Positions 6,559-13,257 of a DNA stretch of 24,000 bases are shown piece after piece. Within the stretch, counting starts at the first letter, position 1. Every line of letters starts with the position of its first letter. The notes under the pieces are model-generated. The model did not search any database. It was given only the letters and a program-made list of their open reading frames with translations, and was not told where the DNA came from. Origin of the DNA: Tissierellales bacterium (GTDB taxonomy: Bacteria > Bacillota > Clostridia > Tissierellales > GPF-1). Both the position numbers and the translations under genes were made by a program. The DNA lies in assembly GCA_963676945.1 (NCBI GenBank), contig OY781471.1, positions 2,214,482 to 2,238,481 on the forward strand, written 5' to 3'.

Positions 6559-7794
6559 ATGGGAAAGTTTACAGGATATTTAATTGTTTCTGATCTGGAC
6601 GGGACCTTGCTGAATGATGAGCACAAGGTCAGCGAGAAAAATGCGGAGGCAATTCGCTATTTCATTCAAAACGGAGGCCGGTTTACTGTCGCTACCGGAC
6701 GCATTCGGGAAGAGGTCATTCCTTTTTTGGATGAGTTGATTATGAATGTACCGGCGATTGTTTCCAACGGAGGCATGATCTATGATTTCAATTCGGATTT
6801 TATGATTATGGAACGGTTTCTGCCGCATCATATCGAGTGGTTTACCGAAAAGGTTATGGAGAAGTTCCCGGAACTGGGCGTGATGGTGGTCGCCAAGGGC
6901 GAGGTTGTCATGATTCGGGAGAACGAGATTTTCTTGGCGGATCCGGACTTGTACCGCACCTTTACCCTGCCGAGAAAACAATTGTCGGAATTGGGCGAGT
7001 CCTGGGGAAAAGTGCTTTTCTCTTTAAAGGAAGAAAAAGTGCCGGAACTGGAAGCCTATCTGCGGTCCCAGACAAGCGATGTTGAAGTTGTCCAGTCCTA
7101 TCAGACAACGCTGGAACTGCTTCCCAAAGGTGTGTCAAAGGGTGAGGCGCTGGAATTTATTATCCGCGGCTTGCGGGCCAATCGGGACAAGGTCTTTGTG
7201 CTGGGCGACAATATGAACGACTATGCCATGCTGGAAACTGTGCCTAATGGATGGTGTGTGGAGAATGCCAATCCGCGTCTCAAGGAGATTGCATCCCGCG
7301 TCATGCCGCCGCATACGGAATCGGCCGTTGCCGCTATGATCGAAGAGGTGGAGCGGATCGTGGACAGACAGCTAGAGGCGGATCAGGAGCTGGCGACTGC
7401 TTATTTGAAGGAAAATGACTGTACCTTGGCATTTGTAAAAAACGGCCAGGTGATTTACGAAAGTCATAAAAAGGGCATTCGCCCCATGTTTGAAGCGCTG
7501 CATGCGGACGTGGATTTGAAAGGGGCGGTTTTGGCGGATCGCGTGATCGGAAGAGCGGCGGCCATGCTGGCCTTGTCGGCGGGAGTTCGGTCGATTTACA
7601 CCTTCCTGGTCAGCGAATCGGCATTGGCGGTTTGTCGGGAGAAAGGATTCGAAAAAATCGCGTATGAAAAGATTTCCCCCTATGTGATGAACCGGACGCA
7701 GGATGATCTTTGCCCCATTGAGAAATTGTCTCAGGGAACGGATGATCCGGTGGAGTTGATGGACCGCATTGAGGAGTTTCTAAAGGGCCTGTAG
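6559..7794 (+). CDS. fusion protein: Cof-type HAD-IIB phosphatase (aa 1-~266) plus DUF1893/TM1506-like domain (aa ~277-411)
   Basis: HAD motifs are SDLDGTLL (I), VATGR (II), K..G (III) and GDNMND (IV), with a Cof-like cap. The C-terminal CTLAFVKNGQVIYESHKKGIRP..LKGAVLADRVIGRAAAMLALSAGV..PYVMNRTQDDLCPIEKL resembles the TM1506 family from memory. RBS is ACGGAGG. Confidence 0.8.
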   Translation: MGKFTGYLIVSDLDGTLLNDEHKVSEKNAEAIRYFIQNGGRFTVATGRIREEVIPFLDELIMNVPAIVSNGGMIYDFNSDFMIMERFLPHHIEWFTEKVMEKFPELGVMVVAKGEVVMIRENEIFLADPDLYRTFTLPRKQLSELGESWGKVLFSLKEEKVPELEAYLRSQTSDVEVVQSYQTTLELLPKGVSKGEALEFIIRGLRANRDKVFVLGDNMNDYAMLETVPNGWCVENANPRLKEIASRVMPPHTESAVAAMIEEVERIVDRQLEADQELATAYLKENDCTLAFVKNGQVIYESHKKGIRPMFEALHADVDLKGAVLADRVIGRAAAMLALSAGVRSIYTFLVSESALAVCREKGFEKIAYEKISPYVMNRTQDDLCPIEKLSQGTDDPVELMDRIEEFLKGL

Positions 7795-7807
7795 AAGGCC
7801 CTTTTTT
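7783..7807 (+). terminator. rho-independent terminator overlapping the stop codon of the HAD fusion gene
   Basis: AAGGGCC / GGCCCTT 7 bp stem with a 7 nt loop (containing the TAG stop), then T6. Confidence 0.6.
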
Positions 7808-7884
7808 GATTGACGAAAACCCCATGCCGTGGTACGCTGAAAGTACGAATAATGAACGTGTGTTTACGATTGGGGTTGGACAAA

Positions 7885-8994
7885 ATGAGGAGACGAGAGA
7901 TAAGTAAATGGGTGCCGATAATCCTGTTGCTGGCTGTGGCCACAATGGGTTTGGCCGGCTGCCAGCCGGAACCGCTGGAAGAGGCCATACCGGTCAGCGT
8001 ACGCATTGTGCGCGCGGAGACCAGTCTTTTGGAGCGCACCTATCGCTATATGGGCACCATTGATACGGAAAGCATGATTAAACGAAGTTTTCCCGCCAGC
8101 GGCCGGATTGATTCCATAGCTGTTTCGGAAGGAGATCAGGTAGAAGCGGGCCAGGTGCTGGCAACGCTGGATCCCGAGACGGTTCAATTGCAGGTGGATG
8201 CCAGCAGAGCGCAATGGGAAGCGGCGCGCGCCCAGTATGAAAAGGCGCAGGCGGGCGTGGCGTTTGCCCGCGACACCTATGAAAAGATGCAGACCCTGTA
8301 TGAGTCGGGGGCGGTATCCAGCTTTGAGAGGGATCAGGCCAAGCTGCAATGGGAAACCCTGATTCAAGACCGGGATGCGGCCTACAAGGTCTGGCAGCAG
8401 GCGCAAGCCGCATACGAGGGGGCCGACAAGGTGGCGGAAGAGAGCGTGATTCGGGCGGATGGGACCAGCCATGTCTTGTCGATTCTGAATGAACCGGGCG
8501 AGTTTGTGGCCGCGGGATACCCTGTGATCATTCTGCGGGATCCGGAGAGCCGGGTCCGGCTTTTTGTCACCCAGGAAGAAATCGTGGATGTCCAGGTCGG
8601 CCAGAATGTGCGCTGCCGGTTCGGCGATGAAAGCTACGCGGGAACAGTAGACTGGATTGCAGAGGTGCCCGATGCGGCAACCCTCACCTATGAGGTGCAG
8701 GTGCGTCTGGAGGGGGCCGACCTGCGGCTGGGAACCATTGTGGACGTGGAGATTATCCTGAAACGGGTGACCGCGATTCAAATTCCCATCCAAAGCATTA
8801 TGAACGATGAAAACGGGGACTATGTCTATGTCGTGAAAGATGGTATAGTCGGCAAGAAAATGATCGAACGGAAGACCATTGACGACACCTTTGTGGAAGT
8901 CGAGGGGCTTTCCGCCGGCGACCAAGTGGTTGTAAGGGGCATGGCCTATGTGGAAGAAGGCCAATCCGTGTCCGCAAGGGAGATGGAAGAATGA
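7885..8994 (+). CDS. efflux RND transporter periplasmic adaptor (membrane fusion protein), lipoprotein
   Basis: I place the start at ATG 7885: MRRREISKWVPIILLLAVATMGLAGC is a signal peptide with an LAGC lipobox. It has a coiled-coil hairpin (AQWEAARAQYEKAQA..) and beta-barrel regions typical of the HlyD/AcrA family. Its stop overlaps the next start as ATGA. Confidence 0.88.
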   Translation: MRRREISKWVPIILLLAVATMGLAGCQPEPLEEAIPVSVRIVRAETSLLERTYRYMGTIDTESMIKRSFPASGRIDSIAVSEGDQVEAGQVLATLDPETVQLQVDASRAQWEAARAQYEKAQAGVAFARDTYEKMQTLYESGAVSSFERDQAKLQWETLIQDRDAAYKVWQQAQAAYEGADKVAEESVIRADGTSHVLSILNEPGEFVAAGYPVIILRDPESRVRLFVTQEEIVDVQVGQNVRCRFGDESYAGTVDWIAEVPDAATLTYEVQVRLEGADLRLGTIVDVEIILKRVTAIQIPIQSIMNDENGDYVYVVKDGIVGKKMIERKTIDDTFVEVEGLSAGDQVVVRGMAYVEEGQSVSAREMEE

Positions 8995-11900
8995 AAAACG
9001 GATTGATCGGTGCAGCCATAGAACGGAAACGGGTTACCATCACCCTGGTCATCTTTCTGTTGATCTTTGGATTTGTGCGTTATGCCGAATTGCCCAAGCA
9101 GGAGTCGCCGGAAATCAGCGCGCCCTATGCCATGGTCTACTGCGTGTATCCCGGGGCGAGTCCGGAAGATATTGAAAAGATGGTGACCAAACGGATTGAA
9201 GATGAATTGAATGCCTTGGAGGGAATTGAAAAAGTGACCTCCCAATCCAAAAATTCGGTCTCCGTTGTCATCATTAAATTGAAGGAAAGTGTTTCCGACC
9301 AGGGAATTGATGAAACCTGGGCGGAACTCCGGTGGCGGATGTCGGACTTGCAGGCAGACCTGCCCGAGTTTGCCTTGCCAGTCGAGGTCAATACGGATTT
9401 GATCTCGACGGCGGGCATGTTGATCTCCATATCCAGTCCCCATTACACCTATGAGGAAATGGAAGGCTATGCCGAGACGGTCAAGGACGCGCTGACGGCC
9501 CTCGACGGGGTCAGCCGTTTTGAGATCACCGGCAAGCAGGAGCAGGAGCTGCAGATTCTGGTTGATTTCAAGAAACTGAATCGTTATGACCTGTCCTATG
9601 ACCAGTTGTCCAAGCTGATTGTGGCTTCCAACCTGGCGATCCCTTCCGGTGTCATTGAGAATGAGTATGGAAAAATTAATGTCAGTGCGACTGGCATGTA
9701 TTCGGAACTAGATGAAATCGCCAATACCATCGTGTATGGATCTCCCGAGAGCGGGGCGGTGGTGCGGCTGAAGGATATTGCCCAGGTGCAGTTTGTGCCG
9801 GCAGCTTCCAATTACAAGGTCAAGGATGATGGGCTTCCCAGTCTGCTCTTGACGGGATACTTCGAATCTGGGAAAAATGTGATTGCCGTGGGCGAGGCGG
9901 TCGATGAGACCATCGAAGCCTTGCAAGCGGACTTGCCGGAGGATTTGCGGTTTGAATCCATCGTCTATCAGCCGGATGATGTGAAGACGGCGGTGGATGA
10001 ATTTACGATGAATCTGCTGCAAGGGATCCTGCTGGTGATTTTGGTGGTACTGATTGGCATGGGACCCAGAAATGCGGTGATTGTTTCGCTTGCGATCCCT
10101 TTGTCTATTGCCATCACTTTTTTGGGCATGAGCGGACTGGACCTGAAAATTCATGAGATATCCATCGCTTCCTTGATCATTGCCTTGGGCATGCTGGTGG
10201 ACAACGCCATCGTTGTCAGCGATGCCATTCAATTGCGGATTGATGTCGGCGGCGACAGAATGGCCGCCTGCGTGGATGGCGTGAAGGAAGTCGCCATTCC
10301 GATTTTGACCTCAACCATGACGACCATTGCCGCCTATGCGCCGTTTTTGCTCTTGAACAATACGGCGGGGAAATACATGCACGCCCTGCCCTTGGTGGTG
10401 ATGATGGCTTTGCTGGCTTCCTACGCGATTGCTCTTCTGGTGACGCCGACTTTCGCCTATCTGTTTTTCAAACCCAGCCATGCCCGTTTTAAGACGAGTC
10501 GAATCCGCGATTTTTACGGCCGGATGTTGGATCGGGCCATGGAACATCGAGGGAGAACCCTGGTGTCGGTAGCGGCCGTGACGGTTGCCGTCGGGAGCCT
10601 GGTTTTGCTCTTGACCATGAGTGTATTTCCCTTTAAAGACACCGATTTGCTCTATGTGGATGTCTATTCGGAAGTGGATGGGGACCTGGTCCGTACGGAA
10701 GCAGTGTCGGATCAAACGGTATCCATTCTGAAAGAATTTTCGGAAGTTGGGAAAGTCAGCCAGGTTATTGGCGATGGATTTCCGAAATTCACTTCGACGC
10801 TGAGTCCGCCAATCCGGTCGTCGGACTATTCGCAGATTGTGCTGCGTTATAGCCTGGCGGATTCGCCTGGTTATGAAACCCAGCAAGATTTGGTCAACGC
10901 CATGCAGCGGGAGCTGGATCGAAAATTGGTCGGCGGCCAGGCTTTCGTCCGCCAGCTGCAACTGGCGGAACCACGAGTCTATACGGTGATGGTGAAATTG
11001 GCCGGAGACGACCTTGCCTATTTGACCCGTTCCGCTTCGGAGGTCCAGGAGATTTTGGCACAGATTCCCGGGGCGGTGGAAACGGGAAACAATGCGGCAA
11101 GCCGGATTTACGAGTATTACCTGGAGGTTGACACGGACAAGGCTGCCGCTTTGGGCATTACCAAGTACGATATACAGAATGAAATGAATCTGGCCCTTCG
11201 GGGGCGGGATGTGTCGGTATTCCGGGAAGAGGGGCGCGAAACGAAGATTCGTTTGGTCAGCACCATGGAAAGCTTGTACGATCTTGAAAATTTGGCCATT
11301 GCATCGCAAATAACCGGCAGCAAGGTACTCTTAAAGCAGATCGCCCATGTGGAGCTGAGAAGTGAATTGCCGGTGATCCGCCATGAGGACGGAAAGCGGA
11401 CGGTATCGGTCTATGCCAATGCGGCGAAAGGATACGATCCCATTTCCATTGAGAACCAGTTGGAGGAGGCCCTGGGCGAGCGTCAGTGGAAGGGCATCAG
11501 CTTTTCCTATGACGGGGAGCGGGAATCGGTAAGCCGGTATTTCGGCGATTTGATTCCATTGGGTTTTTTGTCTTTGGCGCTTGTGTTTCTGATTTTATTG
11601 GTTCAGTTTAACTCCTTTGTACAGCCGGCCATCATTATGGCAACGGTGCCCCTGTCCCTGATCGGGTCCGTTATGGGCTTGCTGCTGTTCCGCCAGCCCC
11701 TGTCTTTTACCGCCCTCTTGGGCATGGTCTCCTTGATGGGAATTGTGGTCAACAATGCCATTGTATTGATTGACTTTATCAATGCGGAGCGTGGGATGGG
11801 ACACGATGTGCAAACGGCCTGCCGGGAAGCGGTAGCCAAGCGGATCCGTCCGATTCTCCTGTCCACGACTACGACGGTGATCGGTTTGATTCCCCTGGCT

Positions 11901-12059
11901 TTGGGCGGGAGCAGTTTGTTTAAACCCATGAGCATCGCTCTGATCTTTGGGCTTATGGTTTCAACGGTTCTGACACTGATCGTCATTCCCGTCGTATACA
12001 GTTTGACGGAGGAAAGAAAACAAGGGCGAAAGCTGTTCGGGAAATCAGAAAATTTGTAG
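8991..12059 (+). CDS. efflux RND transporter permease (AcrB/AcrD/AcrF family)
   Basis: 1022 aa with two repeats, each a large extracytoplasmic loop plus TM bundles. Contains ALGMLVDNAIVV and LMGIVVNNAIVLID, the conserved TM4/TM10-type motifs. Confidence 0.93.
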   Translation: MKNGLIGAAIERKRVTITLVIFLLIFGFVRYAELPKQESPEISAPYAMVYCVYPGASPEDIEKMVTKRIEDELNALEGIEKVTSQSKNSVSVVIIKLKESVSDQGIDETWAELRWRMSDLQADLPEFALPVEVNTDLISTAGMLISISSPHYTYEEMEGYAETVKDALTALDGVSRFEITGKQEQELQILVDFKKLNRYDLSYDQLSKLIVASNLAIPSGVIENEYGKINVSATGMYSELDEIANTIVYGSPESGAVVRLKDIAQVQFVPAASNYKVKDDGLPSLLLTGYFESGKNVIAVGEAVDETIEALQADLPEDLRFESIVYQPDDVKTAVDEFTMNLLQGILLVILVVLIGMGPRNAVIVSLAIPLSIAITFLGMSGLDLKIHEISIASLIIALGMLVDNAIVVSDAIQLRIDVGGDRMAACVDGVKEVAIPILTSTMTTIAAYAPFLLLNNTAGKYMHALPLVVMMALLASYAIALLVTPTFAYLFFKPSHARFKTSRIRDFYGRMLDRAMEHRGRTLVSVAAVTVAVGSLVLLLTMSVFPFKDTDLLYVDVYSEVDGDLVRTEAVSDQTVSILKEFSEVGKVSQVIGDGFPKFTSTLSPPIRSSDYSQIVLRYSLADSPGYETQQDLVNAMQRELDRKLVGGQAFVRQLQLAEPRVYTVMVKLAGDDLAYLTRSASEVQEILAQIPGAVETGNNAASRIYEYYLEVDTDKAAALGITKYDIQNEMNLALRGRDVSVFREEGRETKIRLVSTMESLYDLENLAIASQITGSKVLLKQIAHVELRSELPVIRHEDGKRTVSVYANAAKGYDPISIENQLEEALGERQWKGISFSYDGERESVSRYFGDLIPLGFLSLALVFLILLVQFNSFVQPAIIMATVPLSLIGSVMGLLLFRQPLSFTALLGMVSLMGIVVNNAIVLIDFINAERGMGHDVQTACREAVAKRIRPILLSTTTTVIGLIPLALGGSSLFKPMSIALIFGLMVSTVLTLIVIPVVYSLTEERKQGRKLFGKSENL

Positions 12060-12069
12060 GAAAAAATTA

Positions 12070-12078
12070 TGCTATAAT
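12070..12078 (+). promoter_or_regulatory. candidate extended -10 promoter element for plsC
   Basis: TGCTATAAT (TGn plus a perfect TATAAT) lies in the 40 nt RND-plsC gap. No good -35 is present. Confidence 0.35.
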
Positions 12079-12099
12079 GGAAGAATAAGGAGGGGGAAT

Positions 12100-12849
12100 A
12101 TGGCAGTTATTCGTGAAATTATCGCGATCCTCTACGCCATTGTAGGCATTGTTTGGATGCGAATTGGCCCCATGTGGGCGCCAAAGGTGAAGCGCCTTAG
12201 ACGCCAGGGCAAGGAACGGGAGGCGGATCAGGTTATGATTCGCATGCTGAAACGCTTTGTTCAGCGGGAAATGAAGATAATCGGTATTGAAGTGGAAATC
12301 ATCGGGCAGGAGAATTTGCCGAAACACGGGAACTATGTTTTGGTGGGGAATCACCAAGGCCACGCGGATCCATTCTTTCCGTTTTTGTTTATGGATCGCA
12401 GCTTGGGATTTGTGGCAAAGAAGGAAATTCGCAAGTTGCCCATTGTGCCCTATCTGATGGAACTGGATCACTGCGTCTTTATCGACCGGTCGGACTTGCG
12501 GCAAAGCCTGCAGGCTATCAAGCAGGGCGCCGATTATGTACGGCAGGGATATCCCATGATGATCTATCCAGAGGGAACGCGTTCCAGCTCGGAAGAGATG
12601 TTGCCTTTCAAGCCGGGCGCCATGAATCTGGCGGTCAAGGCGGAGGCGGAGATCGTACCGGTAACCATGGTCGGCACCTATTGGATTCAGCAAAAGGGAA
12701 GCAATCTGATTGAAAAGGCGAAGGTGAAAGTGGTCATTGATCCGCCGATCCCGACGGCCAATTTGGATCGTCAAGAAAAGAAAGAACTGAGTGATCGTAT
12801 CCGCGGAATCATTCAAAACAATCTGGATCAATACAAGATCCAACGATAA
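12100..12849 (+). CDS. plsC: 1-acyl-sn-glycerol-3-phosphate acyltransferase
   Basis: Has the NHQGHAD (Hx4D) catalytic motif and YPEGTRS, with an N-terminal hydrophobic anchor. RBS is AAGGAGGGGG. Confidence 0.88.
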   Translation: MAVIREIIAILYAIVGIVWMRIGPMWAPKVKRLRRQGKEREADQVMIRMLKRFVQREMKIIGIEVEIIGQENLPKHGNYVLVGNHQGHADPFFPFLFMDRSLGFVAKKEIRKLPIVPYLMELDHCVFIDRSDLRQSLQAIKQGADYVRQGYPMMIYPEGTRSSSEEMLPFKPGAMNLAVKAEAEIVPVTMVGTYWIQQKGSNLIEKAKVKVVIDPPIPTANLDRQEKKELSDRIRGIIQNNLDQYKIQR

Positions 12850-12854
12850 GAAAG

Positions 12855-12882
12855 GCATTCGGGTTTCTCGAATGCTTTTTTT
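12855..12882 (+). terminator. rho-independent terminator after plsC
   Basis: GCATTCG / CGAATGC stem with a 7 nt loop, then T7. Confidence 0.7.
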
Positions 12883-12907
12883 GTGAGGATGAATGTATCT
12901 TTGCTGC

Positions 12908-12935
12908 TGGAAATCCTTTTCTTGGAAAATCTTTT
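12908..12935. repeat. tandem imperfect direct repeat (15 nt period) just upstream of a -35 box
   Basis: TGGAAATCCTTTT (12908-12920) and TGGAAAATCTTTT (12923-12935) match at 11 of 13 positions. Confidence 0.5.
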
Positions 12936-12945
12936 GCGGTTGTCC

Positions 12946-12974
12946 TTGACTTTCCGGGGAACATGCACTAAAAT
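12946..12974 (+). promoter_or_regulatory. sigma-A promoter of the intergenic transcription unit
   Basis: TTGACT (12946-12951), a 17 nt spacer, then TAAAAT (12969-12974). Confidence 0.6.
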
Positions 12975-12980
12975 ATGAAC

Positions 12981-13100
12981 AAAGTATTACGAAAAAGACA
13001 TGAATGAGTTTGTATTAGCCTGAAGGCTATTGCAATAGGTGTGACGTCAACCCCCTTTTTGATGTCAGGAAAACGCGCGAGTCGGCCTCGCGCGTTTTTT
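12981..13100 (+). ncRNA. candidate ~120 nt small RNA with a C-rich hairpin loop and its own terminator
   Basis: Bounded by the promoter at 12946-12974 and the terminator at 13074-13100. An internal hairpin has a 9 bp stem (13042-13050 / 13059-13067, one G-U pair) and the loop CCCCCUUU. No ORF with an RBS lies within it. The 5' end is inferred from the position of the -10. Confidence 0.45.
13074..13100 (+). terminator. rho-independent terminator of the candidate sRNA
   Basis: CGCGCGAG / CTCGCGCG perfect 8 bp GC-rich stem with loop TCGGC, then T6. Confidence 0.8.
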
Positions 13101-13179
13101 CTTTACGGAAATTTCTGGAAGTTTGTGAACAAAATTTTATAAATATCGATTACAATTACAAAACGGAAATGTTATGTAC

Positions 13180-13208
13180 TTGACAGAGGGACAAATGTCG
13201 GGTATTAT
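13180..13208 (+). promoter_or_regulatory. sigma-A promoter of the peptide ABC transporter operon
   Basis: TTGACA (13180-13185), a 17 nt spacer, then TATTAT (13203-13208). The -10 ends about 50 nt upstream of the ATG at 13258. Confidence 0.6.
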
Positions 13209-13257
13209 AATAGACAAATTGTTACACAAATGAAATAATATAGAAAGAAGGGAAGAA

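Noticed and set aside
7810-7884. Upstream start codons (7810 and 7852) for the RND adaptor gene.
   Set aside because: They would place 25 extra residues in front of a textbook lipoprotein signal peptide (MRRREISKW..LAGC), and 7810 lies only 3 nt beyond the end of the upstream terminator. ATG 7885 gives the canonical n-region, h-region and lipobox.
7864-8964. 366 aa ORF on the minus strand opposite the RND adaptor gene. Similar long antisense ORFs lie at 10311-11309, 12067-12858, 17797-18723, 19554-20384, 21297-21995 and 22492-23451.
   Set aside because: Each lies entirely inside a confidently identified gene on the other strand. Each has a low-complexity, Arg/Gly/His/Pro-rich composition, no RBS and no recognisable motif. 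These are shadow ORFs of the real genes.
12975-13034. Tiny ORFs in the candidate sRNA region: ATGAACAAAGTATTACGAAAAAGACATGAATGA (10 codons) and ATGAATGAGTTTGTATTAGCCTGA (7 codons).
   Set aside because: The first ATG directly abuts the -10 hexamer and would lie upstream of the transcription start. Neither has a Shine-Dalgarno sequence. A leader-peptide role cannot be fully excluded.
13031-13042. A 12 bp palindrome, CTATTGCAATAG, inside the candidate sRNA, considered as a protein operator.
   Set aside because: It is short and isolated, has no second copy in the window, and lies within a transcribed region downstream of its promoter. It is equally likely to be chance or part of RNA structure.
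12883-13257. T-box or other long cis-regulatory leader for the peptide ABC operon.
   Set aside because: The region contains its own terminator followed by a separate good promoter (13180-13208). No T-box sequence or specifier-loop features are visible, and the leader from the second promoter is only about 45 nt.
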